Source of the DNA: Pseudovirgaria hyperparasitica
Lineage: Eukaryota
Length of the DNA: 64,000 nt
NCBI GenBank assembly: GCA_010093815.1
Contig: ML996571.1
Reading direction: 5' to 3' (one strand)
Shown here one piece after another: positions 48,078 through 60,900 of the stretch (its first letter is position 1; every line of letters starts with the position of its first letter). A program made the translations under genes and the position numbers. Under the pieces are notes generated by a model. The model saw only the letters and a program-made list of their open reading frames with translations. It was not told the origin of the DNA and searched no databases.

Positions 48078-51000
48078 ATGTCTCAGATAGACCCCACTCG
48101 AAATTATTATGCAGACTTGGAGGTTCCGCAGAATGCAGGCACCGAAGACATCCGCAAATCATTCAGGAAGCTTGCCCTTGCATATCATCCCGATCGCAAC
48201 CCCGGTAAAGAGCATGAAGTCGTACCCAAATTCCAAGCAATCCAAGCCGCCTCGGAAATCCTACTAGATCCTCAGCAACGTGCAAAGTACGATGCCGATA
48301 GGCGGAAGCAAGGCCGAACATATGGCGGTGGTCCTTCGACGGCATCGTGGGCTGGTGCTAAACCGGCACCTCCTGCCAGAAATCCTTACAGAGACGCGCC
48401 CTCGAACTTCCCTCCTCCGCCTCGACGTACAGGCCCCTCTGCTACCAGACAACGTTCAGACTATACACCTCGCACAGGAACCAAGTTCGGTGCGGCAGAC
48501 TTTGCAAAGTTCGGCAAAGCAACAAACGCGCAACGTCCTGATACTGAGGATGCGGAGCGAAGGGCGAACAATTTTAGTGCTTGGCAGAAGATGCACCACA
48601 AAGCAAAAGCCGAACAGACGCAAGAAGCTAGACGACGTGAAGAGTCGAATAGACCGTTTGGTACTCCTCCAAGCGTGCCTCCACGAGCAACTCCTGCCTA
48701 CAGCCACGTTCCGCCAAAACCCAATCTTGGACGAAGTAACACCGCTCGCACTACAAGAAAGGCAGGCTTCGATCCGGCAAGACCGGGAGCAGATGAACCT
48801 CAAGCTACAGGCACCTCGGGCTATTACAATACTGCGCGACATGACAATCCGCCTCCGCAAGTGTATACAGACGTACCACCTCAGTCGCCAAATACTACCT
48901 CTGCATATTCATCGCCTGGATCGGATGCTCCTTACAGCGATGGGAGAGGTCACATACGTCCACCGTACGCACAGCGCAGTGCCTTTTCACCGCTAGGTCG
49001 ATCAGCAAGCACTCGAGCCTCTCCAAACAGGCCAGTCTCCTCCGAACAAGCCTACTTCGCAGGCCAGGGCGGCGCGAGACCAGCTCGCAGCGCCAGTCCA
49101 GTCAACAGAAAACCAGTTCCAGCTCGAGATGGAGGTATGGAGACACCTTCAAGACAGCAGGCGCGGGCCGGTAACGCAACTCGCCCTTTCGCTTTTGATC
49201 AATATGCATCAAGCGAGGACGAGCAGTCACCACCAGCAACGACGTCAGGCGCGACACTCCACTCGCAGCAGCGCCCACATCCACAAGCGGACACAAGCAA
49301 TATCAATGGAAGAGCTGCCTCGAACAGCCGGCAACCAGGTTCAATGTATGACAATTCCCTTAAACATTCCACTTTCAAAGTCAACTTCAATTTGCCTGGA
49401 TCAAAGAAACCAGATCAACCCGAAGCTGCCGGCGCAAAGCGAGCTGCCATGCCGGCCGAGAAAACGACAAGAGACCACCACCAGAATGGATGGAAGGCTT
49501 TTCTCGAGTCTTCGATATCTGCAAAACCCACGTATAAGCCGGGCAAGCCAGCGCATTGGCTGTACCCATTATCGGTCGCTCCGCCAAGCAGCTCGAGCAA
49601 AAAGTCGTCAGCTTCGCTTCATTCAGTCACGTCTCCTTTTGCATTTGATGATCATTTCTCTATGGCCTCGATAATCAAGGCTAACATGACCTCTCCCAGA
49701 TTCACCATGCCAATCACCGACGAGACGTTTACCACGAAAGCGCCAGAGTTCAAGAGTCGCAGTAGCGAAAGCATCAACACCAAGTTCTCTCCCGATGGCT
49801 GGAAGGGAAAGTTTCAAGGTGCGCCCGATTACTTCGCCCCGCCGCCGGATTCCTCCAATGGCCGTCCGAAGACATCACCGACTAGAGGTAGGGCTTCTGC
49901 AAGACCTTCACCAACTCCGCAAGTGGGCAAGATGCCACCGCCTCCCCCTTCAATGCCTCCTCCAGGCATGATGAGCTCACAAATGCCTCCAGCAAGCGGT
50001 CAGTCTGTAGACACTCCGCCCGTCAAGTTCAGTCCTTCCCAGTGGCAGAGCACCTTCAAAGATCCCTCATGGGCTTACCCGCAGCCTGACGTGTCTCCGA
50101 GCCGTCCTCAGGTGCCGTCACGGCCGATGAAGGCATCAAAATTACGCAGTGGTAAAGTCCCCAAGGCTGCCACGGTCAACGATGCTGCCGAAGAGCCCGA
50201 GCTGCAGCAGAATGGCAGTGCCGATAGCTTGGAAAGCAGTGGTGACGGCAGCGCGATGGACATTGACGAAGATATCCCTCCTGTCAACGGCAGCAATCTG
50301 AGTCACACAAGTCATGCAAGTCATGCAAGCCGAACCAGCCATACGTCGAATGGCAGTAAAAGTCCGCGGAAAGTATCTGTCACCCCTGACAAGCCCGAAT
50401 GGAGAGGAGACATACATGGAAACATGAACCCTCCACCTCCACCTCCTCCGCCACCCACGTCCACATCAAACCCAGAGGCTCGGGCCAGTCATCGCTCTGC
50501 CTTTAGCATGGGCAGCTTCTCTCACGTCGCACCATTCGGTACTGCCAGTGCTGGAGCCGGACCGCACGGTGCTGCTGGTGGTCTCAATCATGTATCCGAC
50601 TTGAGAGCTGACCTTCCCTTCGAATCTGCTCCAGCCCCCGTACCACCACATCGAGTGTTTACGCGCAAGGATGAGATCATGGTCCCGGGGCCACCACGTA
50701 CCCCTCCCGAGCCGCAGCGTATAAGCAAAGCCAGCTGGACGGAATACATCAAGCAGCTTTCCAGCTACATGTCTCGCTGGACCGAATACGATGCAGCCAT
50801 GGTATCTCACTTCGCGTCGCGTCAAGCCGAGGTCGACACCATCTGCCGCGCCTTTGCGGATCCGCACAACAACAGCAACATGACGGGTTTACGTGATGCG
50901 GGAAGATTTGCATGGCTAGGTGCCGTCGGCGATACTGCACAGGGCGGGTTCGGCAGCTATCTCCAGGGCCTGAAGGACGACGAAGCAGTCCGGGAGCACT

Positions 51001-51104
51001 GGGCCGTGGCATGCGACAAGCATCGCGCGTGCATGCAGCGCTGCCTAGGCCTGCGCGAGAGAGTGTTGAGAGAGGCCGAGGCCGGACGGCTGCCAGATGT
51101 GTGA
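48078..51104 (+). CDS. Large DnaJ (J-domain) protein with a Pro/Ser-rich disordered body
   Basis: NYYADLEV..IRKSFRKLALAYHPDRNPG..FQAIQAASEILLDPQQRAKYD. First ATG at 48078 (the ORF track starts at TTG). Possible in-frame intron 49346-49699. Confidence 0.9.
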   Translation: MSQIDPTRNYYADLEVPQNAGTEDIRKSFRKLALAYHPDRNPGKEHEVVPKFQAIQAASEILLDPQQRAKYDADRRKQGRTYGGGPSTASWAGAKPAPPARNPYRDAPSNFPPPPRRTGPSATRQRSDYTPRTGTKFGAADFAKFGKATNAQRPDTEDAERRANNFSAWQKMHHKAKAEQTQEARRREESNRPFGTPPSVPPRATPAYSHVPPKPNLGRSNTARTTRKAGFDPARPGADEPQATGTSGYYNTARHDNPPPQVYTDVPPQSPNTTSAYSSPGSDAPYSDGRGHIRPPYAQRSAFSPLGRSASTRASPNRPVSSEQAYFAGQGGARPARSASPVNRKPVPARDGGMETPSRQQARAGNATRPFAFDQYASSEDEQSPPATTSGATLHSQQRPHPQADTSNINGRAASNSRQPGSMYDNSLKHSTFKVNFNLPGSKKPDQPEAAGAKRAAMPAEKTTRDHHQNGWKAFLESSISAKPTYKPGKPAHWLYPLSVAPPSSSSKKSSASLHSVTSPFAFDDHFSMASIIKANMTSPRFTMPITDETFTTKAPEFKSRSSESINTKFSPDGWKGKFQGAPDYFAPPPDSSNGRPKTSPTRGRASARPSPTPQVGKMPPPPPSMPPPGMMSSQMPPASGQSVDTPPVKFSPSQWQSTFKDPSWAYPQPDVSPSRPQVPSRPMKASKLRSGKVPKAATVNDAAEEPELQQNGSADSLESSGDGSAMDIDEDIPPVNGSNLSHTSHASHASRTSHTSNGSKSPRKVSVTPDKPEWRGDIHGNMNPPPPPPPPPTSTSNPEARASHRSAFSMGSFSHVAPFGTASAGAGPHGAAGGLNHVSDLRADLPFESAPAPVPPHRVFTRKDEIMVPGPPRTPPEPQRISKASWTEYIKQLSSYMSRWTEYDAAMVSHFASRQAEVDTICRAFADPHNNSNMTGLRDAGRFAWLGAVGDTAQGGFGSYLQGLKDDEAVREHWAVACDKHRACMQRCLGLRERVLREAEAGRLPDV

Positions 51105-51503
51105 TGAGTGGGAGAGAGCAATGGGCGAATTCTTTTGGCGCCCCATTCCCAGTCTCTTCAAACAGAAAAACCCCTTGTCTTATTCGCCCCCAATTATACA
51201 TATATATATACACGTATGCATGACATGATGGGTCTTGGACAACGCCTTCTTCTTCTTCTTTTTCTGTTTTTGTAATTCTCCTCCTCACAAATTACTCTAC
51301 TTCTTTAGTCTTGCAGCGGGCCGGCGTATATGTTATATAGCAGTTATCAAGCAGGCAAGTACCTGTATGTATGTAATATATCCGTTGGGGCGGTCTTTTT
51401 TTTTCACTTAAAATAAAAAATTCCGGAGTTCTTATTCTGCCTACCTGATCAAACCTAACCAAACCTAACCTAACTCCCGGTTCCGTTCTCTTCGATTGCT
51501 TCT

Positions 51504-51572
51504 TTCTTCTTCTTCTTCTTCTTCTTCTTCTTCTTCTTCTTCTTCTTCTTCTTCTTCTTCTTCTTCTTCTTC
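51504..51572. repeat. (TTC)n microsatellite, about 23 units
   Basis: Directly visible. Confidence 0.97.
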
Positions 51573-52260
51573 TCTTTCTTTTTCTTCTTCTTCATTATTA
51601 TCCTTGGTGGGCGATTGTTGTTGTTTCTTTTTTGCGGTTGGGGGGAGGGGAGGGGAGGGGAGGGGAGTGGTTCGTGGAGGACGGACGGTTTCATTGCTTG
51701 GTTAATTACCACTTACCCTCTCTCCTCCTCTTCCTCGTGTGTGTGTGTGTGTGGTGTTTTTCTTTTTCTGATGATGCTGCTGCCGCTTGCTTCTGCGTCT
51801 GCTGGGTCTGCTGGTCTGCTGGTTCTTTTGGACCGAACGGACGGGTGATAGTATTCTGGGCATGATGATACGGGCGGCTACATTGCGACCTACCTACCTA
51901 TATACGCAGATAGAATGTAGAAATTCCACATGACAGCCGGATAGTCGTCGGAGAATCTACTACATTTCAGGAACAACAGACTTGTCACAAGGGGAAAACT
52001 CTCGCGTGTGATGGATCAAAGAGTCACATGAGAAGATGGATGTCTAGTTCTTTGAAAGCTCGTCATGAACATGACATTTGAGCAGAATAAAGTTTGTCTC
52101 TTTTTTTGCGCCTTTGCTATCATCATAGGCAGCCCATATGCCGTATGCCATATACCACAGCGGGGCACAGAGTAGAGTACCAGACGGAAAATAGAAAACA
52201 AAGAACAGCCCAATCCTTTCTCCCTGAGCAAACCACTTCCCCCAACCAACCCCCATTTGT

Positions 52261-53080
52261 TTAACGGTAACGCCACAGCGACAGCGAGTTGTTGCGCTTC
52301 CAGGTGTGTCTGCGGCCGGCCTTTGTGTTGTTGTAGCGGTGGCCCTTGTTGATGCCGCGGCTCTTCTTGCCGGTGGCGGTGAGGCCGCGCGACTCGCGGT
52401 GCTTGTGGACCGGTTTGGCGATCCAGTTGATGCGGGCGTCGCGGCGGATGGCCTTGTGCTGCGGGTCGACGAGGATGACTTCGTAGTACTTGTACGTCGA
52501 GTCCTGGTTGATCCAGTACGAGTTGAGGACGCGCAGGTTGGCGCACCGGCGCCCGACGCGCTCTTCGGCCGTCGACTTGAGCGAGCGCTGGTACTTTAGC
52601 TGATTGATTCCCTGGTTGGTGGGCTTGCCTGGAGGGTGAATGTCAGTCTTGTCTTTCTTCTGCCGAGTGAGTTCATGTAGTCTATGTCTTACCGTAGGTG
52701 GCACCCTTGGGCGCAGGTCGCTTGCGACCACCTCGTCGGACGCGGACACGGTAGATGACATAGCCCTGCTTGGCCTTGTATCCGAGGCGGCGAGCCTTGT
52801 CGGGGCGCGAGGGACGGGAGGCGCGGTGGATGACGTTCAGTTGGCGAAGCTGCAAATTGATTCACTCTCAGCAAAGTTCAACGAGTGTAATCAAGGGAAT
52901 CGCGGCCCCAGAAGCGAGCGCGGCCAGTAGCCACCAAGCAGGCCGGCCAACGACACGCTCGTGGGTGCGACGGTGGGGAGATTGGACTCATACCTCCCAG
53001 CAGCGGACTCGGAGAAGGAAGCGCAGCACATCGGACTGCTTCTTCTTCTGGAGCTCTTCGACGTATTTGAGGGCACCCAT
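52261..53080 (-). CDS. RPL15: 60S ribosomal protein L15 (eL15); introns 52850-52993, 52629-52692; 5'UTR intron 53081-53208 abutting the ATG
   Basis: [81 protein letters not shown]. Confidence 0.97.
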
Positions 53081-54139
53081 CTGTCACGAGAGCGGTTAGC
53101 TGAATGATCGATGAAGGGAGGATGGTCTTTTCATCTGCTGTTGCGGACACAGCGACGTTTGGCCAACTCAATTGGAGAGCTTCGTGGTGTTGGACATTTT
53201 AGACATACCTTGACGGTGTGGTGTGGCTGTTCGTTAGTAGGTGGTGATGGGTCGTCGTCTGGAGGGAGAAGTTGAAGCACACGAAAATTGATTTTCGAGC
53301 TGTGGGCGGGCTGGATTCTTGGCGCTGCCACACCAGCAAGCGAGTCAGCTGACTCAGCACGGATCACCTCACCCAGCCGGGCCGTCACTCAATCGGTATA
53401 ACAAGACTGCCTACCAAACAGGCAGATCCCTGAATAATCACATCTCATCACACGAAGGATTCACAAAGATAAATCAGAAGCAACAGCAGCAGCAGCACAT
53501 CATCAATCACATCATGAGCCTCATTTCGATTGGTTTGAAAATTACAGCTAATGACCGTATAGTCTGTCCGTCTCTGTGTTTGTGTGTCCTCCTTCAATTC
53601 CAAAAAAACGCCATACGCAAACCCGGTAAAGACAGAGTATGTGTGCGTGTGTGTGTGCTATTTCGTTCGTTCGTCCATTCGTCCGTTATAGAGAGTCTAG
53701 GTAGCTGAATGACGAAGAAGCAGAACATGCACAAACCATAAGTCGGAATCCCCAAATCAAATTTTGCATGCAATCCCATCCATCCTGCTCGATATCTTTG
53801 CCTTGAATAACCTTAGAATAACCAAACCTTCGCTTCCGTGTAATGTGTGTAACGTGGTGGACGTCAACAGTCCGGATGATGAGAAGGTAGATTCTTCTCG
53901 ACAAAACAAAGTCTAGCTGCTACGCAGCCAGGATAGATCAGATGAGAGCCCAAAGAATTCATAACCTAGGTGTAGTAGGTATTTTTCCAAGTATTGTAGA
54001 TGTCTTGGCGTCTACTCTAGTGGTAGAATCTTGTTGTAAACCCAAATCATAACGAGTGAAAATGAAGAAGAAGAAAAAAGGCAAGTGTAGGGACGTGCTT
54101 GGTTGAGTGAGTGTAGCTGCTTGAGGCAGCCCGGTCAAT

Positions 54140-57079
54140 CTACTTCATCGAGTCTTTGCGGTTGTCAGATCCACCGAGGGACATGCCCTGTACACCACCA
54201 GTGACGGCCGAATAGAAAGCGGCGCGGGTTGCTTCATCGCGTCCATCTTCGTTCGAGGAACGGTGACGAGGGCGATCGATCGGCTGCTGAGTACCGCCAC
54301 GCGGATTGCCAGTAGTAGGACCCCCAGCACGAGCTCCGGCAGCGGATCCTGTTCTTGAATCAAAGCTTGATGAAGCACCGCTGGAGGCGCCCCAGGGAGC
54401 TGAAGTACCAGAGGCCGCAGTGAAGGTGCCTGGGGCACCCCAAGCCGAGCTGCCGGTGTAAGGCTGGGCGTATGGATTGAAGCTCATTGTCGGAGCCGGA
54501 GTCGCAGCGGGATAGCCGAATGCTGGAGGTACAGACGAGGCCGCGTAAGCGTTGTTCTGAGTGTTGTAGTGGCTGTTGAATTGGGCAGATGTGGACGCTT
54601 CATGCTGTGCTTGCTGGACGTTGCGGTGGTCTGTATGCGCTTAGTAACCGTGAGGTCCGGTAACAAATCTGCAACTGTTGACTTACGAACGATGCTCGGC
54701 TGGGCATATGCTGCTGCACCATACGGCGGAGGCTGAGTCAAGGCGCCGGCCTGCTGAGGAGATGGTGGACCGTGGCCACGATGGTGTGGTTGGGGTGCAA
54801 AGGACGCAGGGTTGACCGCAGACATCCAGATCCTGGTCTTGAAGATCTTGAAGAGATCGTTGACGAGCTCGTTGAAATTGATGTACTTTTCGGCGTAGTA
54901 AAAGTAAGTCAGCTTGTGGCGGTCGCTTGGTTGAGTCAGTACAAGAAATCTTTCCCATCATTAGAGTTTTGGACAACATACAGCTGGAATTCAGCATCCA
55001 GAATCTCCATGGTCAAGCCGTGCTCGATGACCTTTTGTTGACAGATACGCTTTGCCTTGGTCTCGTCTCCCTCCTTCTCCTGCAAGGACGCAAACTCGAC
55101 TGGGATGGCGAGGCGCTTGATGAGTTTGAAGTTCTGGGCGCGGCCCTCTGGCTCGGCTTCGTGTTCTGGATGGCGAGCCGAAGCGTTGTGGGGATCAAGT
55201 TTACTGAGTGCCCAGCGTACCGTAGGATTCGTCTCTCGTGCGTGCGAAAACATCATGAGCCAGATAAAATGCTTCTCCTGGTACATCTGGCGCAAGGGCT
55301 TGACGTCACTGAGTTCAATGTTGGCTTTCTCGACCTCGCCGATATCGTAGCCGCGGTCGCCTTCGCAAATGACCAACTGCCCCTTGACGAGCTGCAAGCC
55401 TGTGCCCTCCGGCATGTAGTATACTTCAGCCCGCTCGCACTTGAATTTGATCAGGTGCAAGGTCTTTCGCTCGGAACCCTTGAGCATGGCAGGTAGCTGT
55501 CTGTCCGGAACGATGGGATCAGGTTGCGGGCGCGGATTGGCAGCAATCTCTTGCCTGTTCCTCTCCGCGACGCCACTGCCATTGAAGTAGCCTAAAGTAT
55601 GAATCAGAAATCCAAACACCTCTTGATCTAGAAGAAAGAGAGAAGAAAAGAAATTAGTGATGTTGACTAGAGAAACATATTTAACCTACTATCATTGTGG
55701 GTATAGAGTGGTGTGACAAGCTCTACAGGATCATTCTGCGTCTTGAGCTGTCGGTGGATGGCATAGACAGGCGCGTTCACGTCCTTTGTAGTCTGAGTAG
55801 CGTAGTTACGCTTCAAGTCGTACAGTTCACGAGAGGCAGCAGCCTCACGAGCAAGGTACTGCTCTCGAACAGCGTCGATTTCAGGCGAGGTGATGTTGTT
55901 ATTGTTGTTATTGTTGGACGGCATGTCAAAGGCGCGAGATTGGGGATTTTCGTAGCTCTGTGGAAGGGTGTTGAAGTAATGGTCGGAGGAGGATCCAAAG
56001 CCTGGATGATCTCTGTTCGCGGACGTGGTATTGGGACCAGAAGACTGAAGGATCTGGCCACGATCAAAGGATGAGCGACTGTTGATAATCGGCTGGCTCT
56101 GTTGCCTCGTTGCCACGTGGGCAAGTGAGTGACGTCGTGACTCTGGCATGGTGAACTCCTCGAGATCCTCAATAGCGTCCTCTGCAACCGGTAGTGTCGT
56201 GGAGCGTCGTTGATAAGTTGGCCAGGGTAGATCGGAGTATCCGGAAACGTTGGAACTGAAAGTACGATGACGAACAGCTCTCTTTAAAAGATCGCGCGAT
56301 CCGCCAGCGTCCATTTCAGGGTGAAGTCTGACGCCCTGGTTGCTGTCATCGTCATCCTCACGGACCTGCGAGAGTGAAGCCTTGCGTTGTACGTTTGACA
56401 GCTGTCCTCCGGTCCGTACACGGTTGAGGGCAAAGGGGTGAATGGGATCTTCATCGTCCGAGGAGACCTGCTGGGCAACGGAGAAACTCATTGCTCGTTG
56501 CTGCTGGGGCTTGAAGGTAGGTTTAAGAGGAATGTCGACGCCAATGCCGCTATAACGACGGTCTCGTTGGAATGACGAATTGTTGTTTGGCTCTGAGGAA
56601 AGTGGTGCGAGAGAAAGGGGAGAGGCCGGGCTGTCGGAAAAGCGACTATTGTTGTTGCGATCAGGCGCCCATATATTGCCAGTGAAAGTGATTGAGCCTG
56701 AACGGCCTTGGCCGGTTGTAGTGAGGCGTGGCGTGGTCTCGGAGGAGGGCGTGGGCGGCTGCGAATTGTTCGAGCCTATTGACAAGCCTCCTAGTGAATA
56801 TTTACGACCCTGTGGCGGCTGTCCAATATCGCTCAACCACGAGGTTGCGGGCCTCGAAGCTGAGTCCCTTCGAAGAGCAGACTGCTGGCCATGTGCACTG
56901 CCAGAGTGCTCCTCGTCGGATGACACCATGACCTCGCTGTCGGGAGTCGGCCGTCTGTTCGTGTTTGCCTTTGTCCGCTCGAGCAAGAGGGAATGGGTGG
57001 TGCCGTGCGCGCCAAACGACACTCTCCCATTGCGGGACGAATGCGTGGACGGCGAGGGGTTCATGATGGCGCTGGTCAT
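54140..57079 (-). CDS. PSP1 C-terminal domain protein; introns 55592-55689, 54926-54981, 54631-54686
   Basis: LIKFKCERAEVYY..LVICEGDRGYDIG, LQEKEGDETKAKRICQQKV..MEILDAEFQLDRHKLTYFYYAEKYINFNELVNDLFKIFKTRIWMSAVN. Confidence 0.9.
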
Positions 57080-58106
57080 TTGGCCAGACGGTGAATATTA
57101 TGCAAGCGAAGAGGATTGGGCGGTATGGAGGGTGAGATATGGGCAAGCGCGCTAGTGTTACGAAGGCCTTGGTGCTAAAGCAGAGTCAGCACATTCATCT
57201 GGGACGCGCCAGTATCTCGATGAATGACGAAGTCGTGGCGTGGTATGAATTGTGAGAAGTAAGTTGAAGAGACATGAGAGAACGGCTTAGAGGGGAGCAG
57301 TGACCAGTGGAGAGCACATCTTCGTCGCTCCTCCACGCCACGGAAGCAGACGAGAGACAGACAGGAGAGAGAGGGAAATCATCACATGGACAAAGACTCG
57401 TTGATGAAGCGTAGTAAAAGCAAAGACATACACGTCTGGTGCAACTAGCTGTCTGCAAGCACAGCAAACATCTCGCCCTGAAGCAGACTACCAGGAGACA
57501 AAAAGACTTTGTGGGAATGAGAGGAGGTCAAGCCATGTCAACTTACGTTAATTAAGTGTGTGTATGTAGCACTGTCCGGATATTTAATAATGATGTATAT
57601 GTCGTTCCAAGTCGTGATGGTCTTTCGAAAACTATGCAGATCGGCCGGTAAATGGGCGTTCCAGATTACTGTTCCCGGGGGGTCAGCATAAGTGTTCTTC
57701 CCATATCGCAGAAAGCGCAAGCACAAGCACAAGCACAAGCACCAGTAAGGATATTTTTGAATCACGAAGGAACAGTAAGCACCAGCCATCTCAAGTGGCA
57801 TCTATGAAAGACTTACCAAAGTTACAAGCGCTTTTACCAGGATATACGAATTTGGGGATATCTCTCGAAGCCGATTTCTCTATCTGCGGCCGGATTAGTA
57901 AGACAGTTAAGAAAGAAGGAGGTGGTGAAGAAGAGCATTGGGAGAAGTGTACCTATGGTGGCAATTTTCTATTACAAGCGGCGTCGAAAAGCGGCAAATA
58001 TTTTGGATCTCGTACAAATCTGCGCAGGCAATGAGCAAGGTAGGTCCTTTTGGAAAGAAGTGGTGGAGGGCATGTGGGCATGTGGGCATATATGGGGCAA
58101 TATTAC
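57080..58106 (-). other. Predicted multi-intron 5' leader of the PSP1-domain gene (introns 57175-57546, 57669-57816, 57884-57952, 58020-58106)
   Basis: Four successive donor/branch/acceptor sets on the minus strand. The intervening exons contain no ATG, and the proximal exon has in-frame stops. Confidence 0.6.
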
Positions 58107-60900
58107 CTGGCGAAAGCGCAAAGCAGGGTGTGCGCCAAACTCTCGAGGTCGATCTATCCCTAGTCTTTCAAGAACGCGAAATCGTAAAGGGGAACAAAGT
58201 AGTCGGGATGGCATAAATGGTGGCATACAAAGAATGGCAAAGATGTGGTGGTGGATAGAGAGAAGAAGAGGATGGGCGGGCGGAGGAATGCAGCAGCTGC
58301 CGGTAGTGGAGAATGTCCGGTTACAGGTGTGGCATTGTCGCGCCCACAACAGCCGAAGGGTGAAATGGGGACAGAGTGGAGGATGTCGAGAAGGGGACGG
58401 CAAGGTTGGAGAAGAGGAGGGTTTATGGAGAGAAGGAGGATGGTGTTTTGGAAGGAGAAATTGAATGCGAAGAAGACGCGACGTCTGTCTGGGTGGGGTC
58501 AGAGGGTGCAAGCTAGTTAAGGGCAGGCAGGACAAGGACGGGATGGTGGTTTGTGTGGAGGCGGCTAAGGTAAGCGGTGGTGGGTTAGGAGGAGCGGCGG
58601 CCGAGCAGCGATCAGGCCAAGACGACGAGAATGTTGACGAGGGAGGATTGAGTGGTTGAATGGCAAGGTCGATGCTGATGTTGATGCGGATGTGGATGTG
58701 GATGTCGCAATAGCCAGTGGCGTGCGACAAGAGGAATGCGAAGGGGTTTAAGACGATGAGGAGAAGGATGATGATGATGAAGAAGATGAAGAAGAGGGAC
58801 GAAGCGGGCGAGACATGATAAAAAAGGCGGCGGCGGCGCACCAGACGACGATATGAGATGAGGAGAGAGAGAGAGAGGGGAGAGCAGACGAGCAGGAGAG
58901 AGAGAGAGAGAGAGCGCGCAGGGAGAGCAGTCGAGCAGGAAGAGCTCCGAGCTTCAGAACCAGGAGAGCCTAGAGAGAGAGCAGGCCTCTTTCTCAACAA
59001 CGTCTGCAGGGGGGCACGGTCCACAGTCAAGGACGGTCCACGGGCCACGGGGCAAGGTGCCGGGATTGTATTGTGGAGGAGAGAGAGGATGAGGGTGTTT
59101 GTGGTGAGAGAGTGAGTGAGTGAGTAGTACGTCTAAGTAATTAGTAAGTGAACGACGAGTAGGGATGAGAGATGGATGAGAGATGAAGAAGAAGCAGAAG
59201 AAGGATGGGCATTAGGATCAGGGGCCTTAGCAAGCTCGCCTGCCCGTCTGTTGTCTGCCAAACCAAACCAAACCAGCAGTCTATTGGCCCCGTCTAGCTC
59301 GCTGTTGGCGGGTGTCGGCTGCCTAAGCCCTGGGATATTGGGGGGCCACCACCCTGAACGCCCCCCTAGAGCTCCCCTAGAGCCCCCAGAGTCCCCTAAA
59401 CTCACCCTCCAAGTCCCCCCCCCCCGGAGTGCTGCAACAAGCTGGGGCGGCCCTAGGAGGCTGGGAGAGGCTTTCCGGCGCCAGACCAGGGGGGGACCCA
59501 GCGCGCCATCCATCAGTCTCTTGGCTTTTGCGGGGAAGACGCACATCACCGCGGCCTGCCGACAGACTATACACTACACTCACTACACTACGGGACAGTA
59601 ATCATGGATAGTAATTAGTACCCCATCATCGCCCATCATCGCCCATCATCGCACATTGCCATCAATACTGCATCGTCATTCCATCCATGCATACATCCTG
59701 CAACTGTAATTGACTCTTCTTCGCTCTTCTCCTCTCTCTAGCTACCCACTACCCACCCACCCTGCAGACGACCGTCACAAGAACCCTAGGACCACCCTAC
59801 TACACTACCTACCTACCCAACCTCTCTACCGTGTAAGTTTAGCTGCCGCCCCCGCCATTTCCAGGGATCCCATCCGAGCTTTTTTCCATGCATCGCCTGG
59901 ACAGTGGACAGTGGACAGTGGCTTCGGCCTTCCAACTAATTAATCATCTTCCATCCATTCTCACTCATTCCATGTGGCTTACTGATCTTCGTGCGTGTGC
60001 AAATGTCAGTGTAAGTACATCATGTCGTGTAATTACACCTAATTACCTCCTCATCCTCATCCTCATCCTCTGGCATCCTCAACCCCATCATCATCCTCAA
60101 CCCCATCATCATCACCAATTCCACCCCGTCATACCCTCGCACCATCACCACTCGCCTAGCTAAACAACCAAACCTGCCCCCTCCCTCCCGACCGATCCTC
60201 GCATTTCAATCCCCATCCATTCCGTTTCGCGAGCTGTCCCCAATCCTTCTTCATCACGCGCTCGCTTTCTCTGCGCCGCCTCTACCGTATGGGATGCTGC
60301 TATACGAGCTCCTTGGCACTACTTCCAAAGTACGTATTAGTACAGGTTCATCCTACTATTGCTATGATGATCGCCGTGCCCTATGCTTAGTCTGTTAGTT
60401 AGGCAGGCAGGCAGTCACCCGACTGTATACCACTCCGAGTATAGTGCGTGCCAGTCTCTCTCGACCAGGCACATCTTGCGCCATGACAATCAGCCGTTTC
60501 CCTCTACCTAGTACTGCTGCTACAACCACTGAACCCCTCTTCCCTGTCCGCCCGTTCGTCACAGCTTATACTGTTTGTCGTACAGTACAGTACTGTATGT
60601 ATGTAGACCCCGCACTTTCGGAATCATTCCCATCCATGCACTGCCTTCTCCCCCCGCATGAATGCCGATCCACACACACTCTCTCTCCACACACTCTCTC
60701 CACATCTTTCTCAATTACCCCTCCCCCTACTAACATATACCTCTCCCTCTCTCTCCACCTTGTTGCCTCTCTCTCTCTCTCTTAAACAATATGCATAGGC
60801 ACAAGCTGGCCCCATGCCGAATCTACAACTCAATCCATATTACCCCCCTGTCTGCACGTTTTTTCCGCGGACTTTTTGTTTGGTCTTGGCTTTTTATTGC

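Noticed and set aside
51470..51865. Poly-Lys / poly-Ser ORFs
   Set aside because: Translations of the TTC microsatellite and other low-complexity DNA.
52850..53208. Possible intronic snoRNAs in RPL15 introns
   Set aside because: No convincing paired C/D or H/ACA boxes with terminal stems were seen.
57972..59048. 358-aa minus-strand ORF
   Set aside because: Non-ATG start, low-complexity pyrimidine-rich composition, and overlap with the predicted PSP1 leader.
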